In this document: positions 47,452-61,210 of the stretch, piece after piece
How positions within the stretch are numbered: position 1 is the first letter of the stretch
Layout: each line of letters opens with the position of its first letter
Assembly: GCA_000409485.1 (NCBI GenBank)
Contig: KE145371.1
Origin: Glarea lozoyensis ATCC 20868
Taxonomy: Eukaryota
Reading direction: 5' to 3' (one strand)
Length of the DNA stretch: 64,000 nucleotides
Position numbers and translations under genes: made by a program
Notes under the pieces: generated by a model
The model's input: the letters and a program-made list of their open reading frames with translations, nothing else
Database searches by the model: none
What the model was told of the DNA's origin: nothing

Positions 47452-50305
47452 ATGTCTTCCAGACCCGAATTGAAGGTAAATGTTCATAATATTGATTGTT
47501 GAACGCCACTCTGACAGCGCTCACAGGTTGACGACGAGTCCAGCTTTATCAAGTTCTTCAAGAATTTACCTGCCAAGGACGATGATACTATACGAATCTT
47601 CGATCGAGGGGACTGGTATACGGCACATGGAGATGATGCTTCGTTTATTGCCCGGACGGTTAGGCTTTCACTACTGTAAACCTTTCGTTTGACTAACATT
47701 CAAATAGGTCTACAAAACAACCTCAGTGTTGCGACAGCTCGGCAAGAATGACTCTACAGGCCTCCCGTCAGTCACACTGTCCATCACGGTGTTCAGGAAT
47801 TTTCTGCGCGAGGCACTCTTCAGACTTGGGAAGCGAATAGAAGTCTGGGCAAGCAATGGAGGGAGAATGAACTGGAAGGTTAGCAAACAAGCGTCACCCG
47901 GAAATTTACAGGACATCGAGGAAGAGTTAGGAGGCCAATTTGACGCAGCCCCGATCATACTAGCGGTAAAGGTTTCCGCGAAAGCTTCAGAGGCAAGAAA
48001 TGTTGGAGTCTGTTTTGCGGATGCGAGTGTTCGCGAACTGGGTGTTTCGGAATTTCTGGACAACGACTTATATTCCAATTTCGAATCCTTACTCATTCAA
48101 CTAGGAGTCAAGGAATGTTTGATACAGGTCGACAAAGGTGACAAAAACGTGGAAATGGCGAAACTCAGAGCGATCATTGATTCTTGTGGCATTGCTATTT
48201 CCGAGCGCCCGGGAGGCGATTTTGGCACGAAAGACATTGACCAGGATCTCGCCAGACTGCTCAAGGATGAAAAGTCTGCAGGCATATTGCCTCAGACGGA
48301 TCTCAAGCTTGCTATGGGGTCGGCAGCTGCGCTTATAAAATACCTGGGAGTTATGCATGATAACTCGAATTTTGGTCAATATCAGTTATATCAACACGAC
48401 CTTTCTCAGTTTATGAAACTCGATGCTTCGGCTCTCAAAGCTCTTAACCTTATGCCGGGACCTAGGGATGGTTCGAAGACCATGTCTCTATACGGTCTTC
48501 TCAATCACTGTAAAACACCAATAGGAAGCAGATTGATGGCGCAATGGCTAAAGCAGCCGCTAATGAGCAAAGATGAAATAGAGAAACGACAACAACTTGT
48601 GGAGGCATTTGTCGAAGACACAGAGCTAAGACAAACTATGCAAGAGGAGCATCTTCGATCAATACCAGATCTATATCGACTAGCCAAAAGATTTCAGAGG
48701 AAGATGGCCAACCTGGAGGATGTAATTCGAGCATATCAGGTTGTGTTGAGGTTGCCGAATATTATCGCGACTCTTGAAGGGGTAATTGATGAACAATATC
48801 GAAACCCTCTTGATGAAGCATACACGATTAAGCTTAGGGACTATTCAGATAGTCTTGCAAAATTGCTAGAAATGGTTGAGACAACGGTCGATTTGGAAGC
48901 TATGGAAAATCACGAATACAAGATCAAGCCCGAGTTCGACGACGGTTTACGGATCATTCAGAGAAAGCTAGAAAAGTCAAGGCACGAGATGGACGTTGAA
49001 CATCGAGCAGCAAGTAAAGACCTTGGTCAGGAAATCGACAAAAAGCTATTTCTGGAGAATCACAAGGTCCATGGCTGGTGTATGCGTCTTACTCGAGCAG
49101 AGGCTGGCTGCATACGGAACAATAAGAAATATCAAGAATGCTCCACGCAGAAGAACGGTGTATTCTTCACCACACACAAGTTGCAGAGTTGTCGAAGAGA
49201 GTTTGACCAATTAGCTGAGAACTACAATCGGACGCAAAGTAGCTTGGTCAATGAAGTAGTCAGTGTTGCTGCCTCATACTGTCCGGTGATCGAGTTCCTC
49301 GCTGGTGTAATCGCACATTTGGACGTTATTGTCAGCTTTGCCCACTGTTCGGTACACGCTCCTACATCATACGTCCGGCCAAAAATGCACCCTCGAGGTG
49401 AGGGCAGCACTATATTGAAGGAAGCCAGACATCCATGCATGGAAATGCAAGACGACATACAATTTATCACTAACGATGTGACTCTCGAAAGAGGGTCTTC
49501 CCAATTCCTCATCATTACCGGGCCAAATTGTGGAGGAAAGTCGACTTATATCCGCCAGATAGGTGTGATAGCACTCATGGCACAGATCGGATGTTTCGTT
49601 CCTTGCTCGGAAGCTGAATTAACCATATTTGATTGTATCCTTGCCAGAGTAGGAGCCAGCGATTCTCAACTCAAAGGAGTCTCCACGTTCATGGCGGAAA
49701 TGCTGGAAACAGCCAACATCCTCAAATCCGCTACCTCGGAATCCCTCATCATCATCGACGAACTAGGGCGCGGCACCAGCACATACGACGGTTTCGGGCT
49801 CGCCTGGGCAATCTCCGAGCACATCATCAAAGAAATCGGATGTTTCAGCATGTTTGCTACTCATTTCCACGAGCTCACAGCGCTCGTGGACACCTACCCA
49901 CAAGTCCAAAATTTGCACGTCGTTGCGCACATCGACGATAACGGCAAAGCCAAACGCGAGGTTACTTTGCTGTACAAGGTCGAGGACGGAATCTGTGATC
50001 AGAGTTTCGGGATCCACGTCGCCGAGCTCGTTCGGTTCCCGGAGAAGGTCGTTAATATGGCGAAGAGGAAGGCTGACGAGCTGGAGGATTTTACGAGTAA
50101 GCATGAGGGTGCGACGGTCAAGTATGAGAAGGAGGATGTGGAAACGGGAAGTGCGCTGCTTAAGGATGTGTTGCTCAGATGGAAAGCGGGCTGTGAGGGG
50201 AAGCAGATGAGCAAAGATGAGAAGATTGGGTTGATGCGGGAACTTGTGAAGGGCGATGATAAGTTACTTGCTAATCCGTTCTTTCAGAGTATTAAAGCGT
50301 TGTAA
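47452..50305 (+). CDS. MSH2: DNA mismatch repair protein Msh2 (3 exons)
   Basis: MSSRPELK|VDDE..FDRGDWYTAHG, QASPGNLQ, ARHPC, ITGPNCGGKSTYIRQ, STFMAEM, IIDELGRGTST, FATHFHEL, SFGIHVAE. Confidence 0.97.
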
Positions 50306-51468
50306 AAATAAATTTTGTTGGGAATCGGGCAGGGAGTTCTGGGGATATGTGGCGCTCGAATAAGGTGGCTAGCAATGGTTGTGTAATTTAGCTATGATCA
50401 GTAGGCACTAGATGATGTAAATCTATAAACTCTTACTCGTTTTGATCAGTTACATTCGTCGTTGTACGGGTATTATGAATGCATCTACACTACATAGCCA
50501 CCCACTCAACTCTGGTCCTAATATGCTCGAGATACCTCTAAGTTATTAACGATTCTGTATCATTAGATTGAGAGAGCAACGAGTATCGTACCCCTTGTTA
50601 AGCAGTTGTTTTGTTCCCACTGTCTTCGTGCCCCAAATATCAGCCTAGACTCTAGAGTCCATTCTGTGGATAGTTAAAACCCATGACAGCGACTATCAAG
50701 CATTCCCTGGCAAACCTCCTGCAATCAAAATAGCCTACGAGAATTTACTTCGTTGATCCAAAGTCCGCCGTGTAAGATGCTAACTCGCAATTGCAAAGTC
50801 TAGCCAGTATCGATCCTTTACGAGCCGGAGTAGTGTTCATTCTGCTACTACAGAAAATGAACAGAGGGATACATCATACAGGAACATGGATGAAATGATA
50901 AGACACATGCGGTAGTTATATACACGAGAACAACAAATTTCAGAAACACAAAATGTCTCTTAGAAAACTTAATTCAACTAATCGCTAGCAGACTCGCCTA
51001 TGCTACAGTGGTATCATCCCTCTCCCCTTTCAAATCCACAAAGCTTGAAACGCCATCAATCCCCAATCCGGGACGTACAAAACCTCTACAAAAACGCTGA
51101 AACGCTATCATATCTTCAGAACCCGACAAGACACAAAGGCCTTTACATTTTCTCTTCCCGGTTTTCGCTTCCCCCCAAAGAACGCCAAAATGCACGCTTA
51201 AAACATCATTTGTTGTACAGTCAATCATTACCACCATTTCTCTCGTGTATTTCGTTTCCGGTTTTATCATTCAGTCCAATGATTCCAACATGTCAGCTTG
51301 GCTGAGCGCAAAGCTAAGATTGTTCGTAGTGTGGTAATAAGCTTTTCGTGTCTGAAATGGGTATGAGAAATCCCTAACCTAGATTTCTCACATTTGTATC
51401 CAGATCTCTGATAAGATCCTGAGTTTCATCCAATCATGTATTCGTACTAATTTAAGCCAATGATGCCG

Positions 51469-52921
51469 TCAAACGCCCATCACGACGTTCAACTCAATCA
51501 GTAGTCTAACAAATCGAGCGTGAAGCTCAATGAAGAAGTCTGGAAGACCAACAAGCTCGGCCAAGCCTCTGGATTGGAGACTCATGCCAGCGTATTTGCC
51601 ATCTCCGCTGCGATTACGACCCTGAAGAAATGAGCTTCGAGGTGTGTTGAAGGCGCTTTGCCGACCTTCGCCGTTGCCTATCCGTGGGGAGGAATTGGCA
51701 TTCTCCGATCGTTCCAGTTCGCTCTCTGCGAGTGCTTGAATCCAAGCAGCTAGCTCACGGAAAGCGACAGAGAGGAAGGAAAACGTCTGCATGGCTAGAC
51801 GCTCACGATGTGTTGACAGTGCCATGAGCGCGTAAACACGGCGCCGACCTCGAGCGTTAGGATCTGGGATTCTGAAAATAAAGGCGGTGGTGTAGCCAGC
51901 TAGAGGATCTCCAAAAAAGATAGGTCCGCCTGAAGACGTGGTCGTTGAAGGAGTAGGACCATTCGAGAAGGGACTGTTCAGGAATGGCGAGGTGGGAGAT
52001 GCTGCATTCGGCATATACTGGCTCGATGGCGGCAGCGTTTCGCAAGAGAGTGTTCGTAGACACGACTGTCGGATAATAGAGAAAGATGTAGAAGCCAAGG
52101 GTTCATGAGTAGAAGTGTAGTCAACGTAATGGTCATGAGAATTCAATGAACCAAAAGAAGAATTACTCGAGGAGGTTGTGGCTCGAATCATAGGGTATGA
52201 TCGCTTTGATCTTCTCGTTGTGACATCGGCTTCCGAATCAGAAGAAGCTGCGGATTTAGGAGGCGATGGCTCTTCCATAGGCGCAACAACTCTCTCATAA
52301 GGCTTGCGAGTTCGCAGGATTGGACCACTATAGTCTGTCCGGCTTGTAGGCCCATCCTCTTTCGTCTTCTTTGGTAATGTAAGAGCACAGTTCTCGCAGG
52401 GGATCGCTCGCTTCTTATCATTCTCGTCGTAGGTCTTGCGGAAACTCGAATCGCGTCTATGGGAGTTGCCACCATGGCCCGTCTGCAATGCCGCGACTCG
52501 AGGACTTTCTGGGGGCGTTTCGATTGCTGAGGTAGAGGGAATCTTCGGAGATTGACTTGGTAGGGTGTTGCGCTCGACGTTGTTTTCCTTGTTTTCCGAG
52601 GACGTTGAATTGGTCCTACTCCCGCCACGAATTGCCGCCAACCCATCCTGAGGATTGAGCGAGCGTGAGCTGGTACTAGGTCGCCGGCTGCCAAAGGCCT
52701 CGTCGTCTTCGAAACATGTTGTACATCCCACAGGCAGGCCCTCGGTGACCATCAAGGGCGTGGGGCCGTGAGTATCGCAATAATGCGCGAGACACAACTG
52801 TAGTCGCACACATGTCAGTCGCCGTCTCTGACCCGGGTGCAGCACGGGAGGGAGAGCATTCTCTTGACTGTGGATGTCTGGGAGAAGGAACAAGTGCGGG
52901 TTCTCTTACAATAGAGGACAT
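51469..52921 (-). CDS. LST7: Folliculin/Lst7-like protein (2 exons)
   Basis: MSSI|LCLAHYCDTHGPTPLMVT, CENC, RQSCLRTLSCE, GPIFFGD..GYT..FRIPD..ARGRRRVYAL, RGLAELVG..FIELH. Confidence 0.88.
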
Positions 52922-55101
52922 GATTGGGTTGCCCGGTGCCAGGACGCTGGCTCTCTGCGCGATGCCGTGAAGGTTAATTCCAGATACAGATACAGACGAG
53001 AAGCCCGCGTACCAGAGCAACGACGACGACGACAAACAACACCACGCCAGGTGGAATGTCGTGGGTTTTGTCCTCCGTCGTGGCCGTGTTGGGAGGAGTG
53101 GATCTGCTCTTGGTTCTGGCAACTTTTTGAAGCTCTAGTGCAGTGCCGGTCCGGCGGTATTTGCCCACGACTCGCGTCCTGGTTGTTTTGCGGCGAATTC
53201 TTTACCAAGCACTGCTTCTCATGCCTAGGTAACTTGGAAAGGGGTATGGCCGAGGGACAGCTTGATTATTGGGAGCATGAACAATACCGGCTTCTCTCCT
53301 TAGAATCTAGAAATGCGGTGCGGACATAGATGTAGAAGCGAGATCCAGCGGGGGGCACATGGGAGGGACAACAACAACGACGGCCAGAGAGGATGAGCAA
53401 GTGGACACAACGGCCATGATATATGTGAAGGAAATAAGTGATAAGCCATGCCTACTACTCACTCCCTCCCTCCCTCCTCCCAAGGTTACCACCTGGTCCT
53501 GGCTAGTCGGTGGTAGCATCTTCACCGCCCCCGTCACCGTCAACACCATCCTCATTTTGGCTGTTAGTCGATGCAGGCGTTGCAGACTTGCAGCAGAAGA
53601 CGATTATCCTTCCAGCGTTATTTTCACGTGCTAGCCGAATGTATGGCTCTCCGTCTGCACACCTTGCACGCCTCTGCACACCTGCCCATGTGGCTTCACG
53701 GCTCGTCCCATCAACGACCGGGAGGATCATCTCATTGCCGTCAGGCGAGGATGAACACCCGCAGTTGTCAGAGCTGTCAGAGCTGTCGCAGAAGGATCAG
53801 AGCCTTGGTAAGTTGATACTTCGTAAGAGGAAAGGCACGCAACGTCGGAACGGCCCAGAACCAGACCAGAGAAGGAAGCCTAGGCATTCGGGCCCGGGAC
53901 GACCCCTTCGACCAAGGTCATTTTCGAGGCCCCGTCCACACAGTCTTACGGTAATGGATGACCTTTGGTACAATACTCCGTACCATTGTGTTCAGTCCCC
54001 TTGGCCATGCAGCGCCAGACAAATTGTCAGCATCCTAAATTCCTAATAATCCACGTAGTAACCCGTCGACTGCCGCGCTAACGGTAGAAGAGACACGCCC
54101 CCCTTTCCGCTTCTCGCTTGGCCCTTTCAGGATCCCTCCCCCTCCTTCCAGCGCAAGGACATTCAGTCAACTCCATCTGGGACGTTGCAGACTTTGGCTT
54201 CCATACCAAGTATCCAATGCAAACCGAGAACAGACTTTTTCGTCCTCGAACCGTACTCCACGAAAACATGGATCCAGGCAACGCTTGTCGCCGTGCAGGT
54301 TCAACAACGTTCTCGCTTACCGAAGCGACAGGAATCACTCATTGCCACCAGTAAGGTCAAAGACTCGACAAGAACTTCCGAATGTTGTGTAAAGACTGCT
54401 CCGTACAGTTTACTTCTATCCACCTATCAGGTATTGCAGCCATAATCTTATTTCAATTTTATTTTCTCCTGTGCTTCTTCTTCCAGCGATGGTCCAATAC
54501 CAACCATAGCAATGAACCACAACACCTAATACTAAGACGGACCTGAAAGTCAACCATTCCGGTCTTGAAATTGACCTTTAGCATCACGAGCTATAACACA
54601 ACCGCTATACTCCATCACCATCCCATCAAACCTCACCAAAAACCATGAATAAACCACCATCGCCTCTCGCTCCGCTCCGAGACATCCATTCAGCCTAAGC
54701 AACGACTCCCTGTCGTTCGAGCAAAGGCGTTCGCATGAGTTCGCATTTCCCCAACCCACCCTCTCCCCTCCCCACATCCAGAATATCCTCTTCTGGGGTA
54801 CATTTCGCTTCCCCAGATCCAGATCCCTCAGTACGACCTCACCCACAACGAGTACCGCGGAGAACCCAACCACCATCGTCTGCTCGACCACTTCCCCTCG
54901 CGCCTAAACTCACACGACCCCACATACATACCCAGCACGTCCAACTCTGGTACTGCCAGTTTGTCGTACCAGCAGAGACCGTCACATACGCAGTACCTAC
55001 CTCAGAAAAGGGCAGAAAAACCATCCAAGCACATTTTGATTTCCCACTTCCCAGCATTCTCTAAACGCAGCTCGGATACCCCATTAAAGTAGTTTCCTGG
55101 T

Positions 55102-55124
55102 CCCTACCCCATACCCCATACCCC
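55102..55124 (-). other. Canonical G-quadruplex motif
   Basis: Minus strand reads GGGGTATGGGGTATGGGGTAGGG. Confidence 0.7.
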
Positions 55125-56769
55125 AACATCCTCCAACGTCGCATCCCGTCTTCGTCTACCTGTTTCCAGAAGCATATTTCGAAGGACATCAAGCTCCTCC
55201 GTCGTTGCACCGAGAATCTGCTGCCTCGAAAACCCAGAGATGGCTGTATCTTGGTAATGACCTCTTTTCTGGCTTTTGCGGATGGCTTTTCTCCGAATAT
55301 CTAGGGAGGTGCTGGATTAGTTGTCATCGTCTGGGAGGACTGGACAAGAGATAGCTTGGTGACGTGTGGTGTTTGTGTGAGGGTGGGAGTATGGTTAGCT
55401 ATTGGTCAGATTCAACGAGAAGTATGTCTTAGAAGATTCCTAGGGCCGTGATGGCAGTGTAGATTTTCGTCGATGTCGTGTCTGGCTTCACTCTATTTCC
55501 AACACTCATCAAAGCCAACCAAGCGCCGCATTTCAACAGCATACTCCCCTACAACTGTTGATCAGAAAGGCTTTAGAAATTGCAGAATTGACAGGATCAC
55601 TCCTAAATCTTGTCATGCCGTAATCACAATCCCCAGCGATCACCACCGTCGGGTGGCCAACGGATATCTGGAGGTCTTGACTTCTACTTCACGATTTCCA
55701 CGCACACAGCTTCATGATTGACAACAGCCCTGATTGATAGAGGTTATACGAGAGCGGCTCTAGCACCCGAAGTCAAAAATTCCTGACCAATGACAGATCC
55801 AAAGGCAACCCAACTACGAGCTAAGCGTCACCCGAAGACTCGGTCAGAAGTGCGTCTGTACAACGTTTCGTCGTCAGCTTCACGAGTTTCACCCAATAGC
55901 TCTACGCTAATATGTAAACTCCCCATGAATGGGCCGAAGCAGGTAGAAGTACTCCTACTCAGCTGAAAGAAAATCACCGCTGGCAAAGCTCACGAACAGG
56001 ACCTAGCACATTGATCAACCCCAAGACAGATTGAGAGAAAAAGGTAATATTTGCGAGCAGAAAATCCGAACTATGGAGCCTCATCCTCTATAGGAGTCCG
56101 ATGCTTTTCAACTAGCGTCCTCTCAAAAAAAGCGTTTTTTTGTGTTTTGTATCCACCTCAGCCTCCTTGTCAGGCCCTTCCGTTTCTGAGAGTACGAAAG
56201 AGTAACAATCTTTGACAATCTGGTATCCCGTAATGAACACCCATCCACACCCGCTAACCGATATATCGTGTTGGAGTAGTCCCCAACTCACGCGCCTCCA
56301 ATCTCCCCCATATCAACCACAAGCTTTTTATAAGCCTTCGTCCAAGCCGTAAGAAAACATAATCTCTGCCGACGCCAGTCATGCCCTTCTTGCATATCCG
56401 GTGCCCAAGGTATCGTGTGAGCGATACGCAACCATATACTCCACAACGCCAGCCCCATCCAGTCATGATATCAAATTCAAAGCCGCTGAACTTTTTGACG
56501 TCCGCTGCTCCTCATCAGATTAGAGAGGCGTACAATGGAAAAAAGAAAAATCGTATGATACAAATGCAAAGCCCAACTCCAAGCAAGAGACCATCGCAGG
56601 ACCCAACGCATTACGGACAAGGCCAACACTATGACCCGAGGTGCTGTAGTGCTGCCAGAGGTGAAAGCCTCAAGATAGTATCCGGCTCGGGTCTATCTTT
56701 GATCGAGAACGACGAGACAACTATGTACAAAATATAAAACCAAAAGATCAGAAATTTTAGTGAAACTGG

Positions 56770-58499
56770 TTATTGAGGGGGTTGGCCGCGGCCCCCTCCT
56801 CGTCCTTGACCTTCGTAGCCATTTGGGGTCTGATTCTGATTCTGTCGGCTCTGAGTACCGCCTGGGGCCCCTCCTCCACGGCGGTTATTGTGATCGAACC
56901 TGCCATTCCCACGAGAGAAATTTTGTCCTGGGCCTTGACGCTGTCCCTGTGGTTGTCTCTGGCCTTGGTTCTGATTTGAGCCGTTCTGTCGACCGTTGCT
57001 ATAGCCACCTTGAGTGTTCGGTCTTTGGTTGCCAGACTGCTGTTGAGGTTCCCGAGGTTGTTCTCTTCCGCTAGGCTGACGGGTATTTGTCTGGAAGTTT
57101 GAAATCGGTCGTGGAATGTTCTCTGGGCTGTCGTAGACGTAGAGGTTTTTGTCGATGGTCTGCGGAATTGGTTGGATTTCGGTTCCTAAGTCTCGCTCAA
57201 TATTATAAAGATTGAAGCGGTCCTCCCAGTTAATCAGGTTGATCGCAAGACCAAGATGCCCGAAACGACCAGATCGACCAATACGATGAAGATACGTTTC
57301 AGCGTTCTTTGGAAAATCAAAATTGATGACAACATTGACAGCTTGTATATCAATACCTCGGGTGAGCAGATCAGAACAAACAAGATTTCGGCAAACACCA
57401 TTGCGGAAATCGTGGAACACTCTGTTACGATTCGCTTGAATCATTCGAGCGTGACTGTAAAAACATGAGTATCCTAATTCGGTAATCTTCTTTGCGAGCA
57501 ACTCAACCCGATTTGTGGAGTTGCAAAAGATGATCGATTGATTAATCTGGAGCTTGGAAAACAATGTGTTTAGACAGTGGACCTTCTGCTTTTCCTCCAC
57601 AAAAGCATAGTATTGCGTGATACCGCGAAGCGTCAGTTCGTCCATAAGGTTAATTTCGTAAGGACTCTGCATATTCTTGTCTGAAAAGGTTTTGACGGTG
57701 ATAGGGAAGGTCGCGCTAAATAGCATGACTTGTCTGTCGTTCGGGTGGAATTGCAAAAGTTGTTCAATTACAGGGGTGAATTCAGGTGAGAGGAGTTTAT
57801 CAGCTTCGTCCATGATGAACATAGGACATTCGCTGAGGTCGGCCACATTCTTTCCAGCCAAATCCAAAATTCTGCCTGGTGTGCCAACGATGATATGAAC
57901 CGGATCTGCTAAGCGTACGATATCATCGCGCAAAGTTGTACCACCCGTGGTAACCATAACATTAATGCCGAGGTGCTTTCCCAGTGTCTTGCACACTTGA
58001 GATGTTTGCAGAGCCAATTCTCGGGTTGGAACAAGAATCAAACATTGGACCTTCGAGCTTTTAGGATTGATGCGTTCGAGCGCTGGAATAACGAACGCGG
58101 CAGTTTTGCCAGTGCCATTCTTTGCACGAGCGAGAATGTCTCGTCCAGTAAGGGCGACAGGGATAGCCTCTTCTTGGATCGGTGATGGCTTCTCGAATCC
58201 AGCCTCAAAAATCCCCATCAACAGATCCCGCTTGAGTTTGAATTCCTCAAAATCCAGCCCTTTGGTGGCGGTAACATCCTATGACAGCGTGTCAGTTTCA
58301 TTCTTGATCATTCGTAATTCACTCATACTTCCGTCTGATGTCTTGTGTCCTTGGCAGGAACCTTTAGTGCCTTCTTCCAATCATCTGGCCCAGCCTCACC
58401 ACTGTATTTGTGTTAGAAGTGAACATGCACGCATTGAAACAAGCATAACACGTACGCTAAGGTTGTAGATTCTAGTTGATTTGTCAGAGCGTCTGCCAT
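56770..58499 (-). CDS. DHH1: DEAD-box RNA helicase Dhh1/DDX6 (3 exons)
   Basis: MADALTNQL.., [46 protein letters not shown]-rich tail. Confidence 0.97.
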
Positions 58500-59395
58500 A
58501 ATGTATTGAACAATATCTCGAGTTGGGTGAGTAGTAGTCGAATGGCAGTTTCGCGGTAGCAGACAGGTAAATACGAAGACCCAGTGCACAGGTCCAGGGA
58601 GTCGATTATTGAGATTGATGAGCAGCCAACTATTTCATAGAGTGAATCACCACGTCTAGGAAGTCAACCTTAGATAGAGGAGGCAGATGTAGTGTCGCGT
58701 CGAGGTCGAGAGGGGCAATTCGATGATCTGAGGGTGAGGTTGATTCGGTGCTCGAGGAATTATTGTAGATACGTTTTCCTGCGATCGTGTGGGCAGAAGT
58801 TCAATTGATGGTATGTGCCGGATTTATCGTTGGAGGAGTTGACCGGGTAGTATGGGAAGTTTATGTGTCGAAAGTTCTGTGATGTGCTGTTGAGCACTTG
58901 AGCTCGATGGATGGCTTTGACAAAAGTATTAAGCGACGAGGGCAGGCCTGCATGGATACCTTAAGGCACCAACTCACCACAAGGACTACCGAACTGCTTG
59001 TCCAAATATGAAATAGAAGATTCCAGACTATATATTTCAGGGGTCTAAATTGCGAGCACAAAGAACTCTCATCGGTTAGCAAGAGCGACCACTATGTTAC
59101 TTCGTAGATACAACTGAGATCTTTCAAATTACCCATTCATTCACGGAGACTTTTCTGACCACGTACGAGGACTTTACCTCTCAAAAAATCGCAGACCCTT
59201 TATTGACCGAGACCAATCTCAATTACTGAAGCAGATAAAGACGATTATCCTGTCTAAAAGGTCCACCCGTTTCACACCCATAAGCTGCCAACAAGTACAT
59301 ATCATTGTATCATTATCCCGGCAGGCAACAAAATCCGTTTCTGGCATTCCAAGCCAATTTCCAAACGCCCGTTATGCTTACATACAAGCTGTAGA

Positions 59396-61118
59396 TTAAA
59401 ACTCCATAGCATCTTCCCTTTCCCTTTTTCCCTTAACGTCACTCTCATCCTTCATCAGCGTGGCAACAAATAACCTAAAGTGCTCGATATAAGGCTTGAG
59501 TCGGGTCTTCTCCCAATCAGCAACAGGCTTTCCTTCACTTTTGTCCTCGGCGGGAGGCAGCCACTCATCTATGTCCGTTAACAGCTCAGTGACTGTTGGG
59601 ACATCCAGTGGATCAAACTCTCGTAGCTTCTTTGGATTGATTGGAACGCAGACCCTTCCAGTGCCCGGATGGACTACGAATGGACTTTTGAGAAGATGGT
59701 TTAAGTGCTTGCTAACCTCAATATCCAACCTGGGGTATGTGTATTCGAGTAAGATATCTTGTTTGGCTTCAAGCAAGGCTTTCGAGTCCAGATTTTTGCT
59801 TGTCCCAGATTTAGCGAGCGCGTCAATGTCTGCCCATTTGGCTGTCGACGCTCTTCCTGGAGATGAACTCCACTTTTTCCTCAGGGCGTCATTTAATGTA
59901 CGATCGGGAAGCAGCTCCAGGAGACGTTCATATTTGGCATCCGTTTCCCACGGATCTTGATCCTGAAGTATATCCGACTGGAAATGTGTCTTTAATATTT
60001 CAAGACTTCGCCTGGTTATCGTTAGTAGCTGAATCAATTGTAGGCAATGACAGTTCATACGCCACGTGTGGATGTAGTGGCCTTTTAACATTGACTTTCT
60101 TTCCTCCTTGAGCACCGCCTTTAACGACTTCCAGATATCCTGCGATTGCCCTTCTCTTCTGATCATCCATTTGTCGAGCTTTTTTATCACACACCCAGGC
60201 GTGAGCACCACGTCGTCCAGAGTATACCCATAAGATGTGTTTGAACCCAAAGTCATCTCGTAACGCTACGTCAATGACTTTGATAGACATGGTGATGAAT
60301 TGCCAGCATTTGATACAAATATTTGCCTTGTCGCAACATGTTCGAATGTCATCATAATCAGTCAAATCGATATCGAAGCACAGCTCTTTCGCCAGCGGTT
60401 TGAAAGCTGATGATTTCCGTAAGGTCTTACGATCACGAGGATTCGTAGTATATACAGGGCCGATTTCGAAACGGGATGGCATAAGTCTGAGAACGTCTTT
60501 TCGCAACCTAGTTGAAATCAGTACTAGCATACATTGCAGTTTAAAGAACTCACAGATCCGACGTTGGAAAGGACTGGTAGCGAAGATATGCGTCGTTTTG
60601 CAATGTAAATGCAAATTCTCGGTGACCAAAATCTGTCGTCGGCGTGGGAGAATGATTGAGCCATTGAAACAAGTAGCGCCATGGAAATAATCGTTTATAA
60701 AACTGATTCATAACATCCGAGTCAGAGAATTTAGAGGGTACCTCTACGCGCCTTGGATACGTTAGAATGAATTTGGCCGAACGATCTCGACTTACACTGG
60801 CGATAAAGACGCTTCAGGGGGGCTGGACGCCATGATATCTTGATTATGAGAGCTGGGAAATTCTTCATCGGACTCTTCATCTGCGAAGAGGTCTTCCAGT
60901 TTTACCTCTAGCTTCATACCCGGTGTTATTGTGACCTCAGTCGAAGTCTTGCCATCCACAGGAACCCTGGTAGAAGACATTGTTTGGTCGAGTGCAGGCG
61001 TCCTCGTTGTAGGTTCTCCTGCAGTTTCAGACATACCACCATCTGCATCCATTTGAGAATTATCCATGTTGTTCTGATCACGGTCGGTAACAACGTTCGA
61101 CGATACGGCCTGAGACAT
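59396..61118 (-). CDS. PRI1: DNA primase small (catalytic) subunit (4 exons)
   Basis: RFEIGPVY, KELCFDIDLTDYD, WVYSGRRGAHAW, YPRLDIEVSKHLNHLLKSPFVVHPGTGRVCVP. Confidence 0.96.
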
Positions 61119-61177
61119 GATTAGAGAATTTGGTACGAATATAATGATCTGTAGATCAAGGCTTTTCGGAGAGACTG

Positions 61178-61210
61178 GTCGCGTCTTGACGCGACTTGAA
61201 GTCGCGTAAA
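61178..61210. promoter_or_regulatory. Three MCB-like ACGCGA elements upstream of PRI1
   Basis: Perfect inverted pair GTCGCGTC-tt-GACGCGAC at 61178-61195, plus GTCGCGT at 61201. Confidence 0.65.

Noticed and set aside
56124..56142. CAAAAAAA-GCG-TTTTTTTG hairpin as a terminator
   Set aside because: A low-complexity A/T stem; intrinsic terminators do not apply to Pol II genes.
56770..57100. Q/N/G-rich prion-like tail of Dhh1 as a novelty
   Set aside because: Low-complexity tails are a known feature of fungal Dhh1 proteins.
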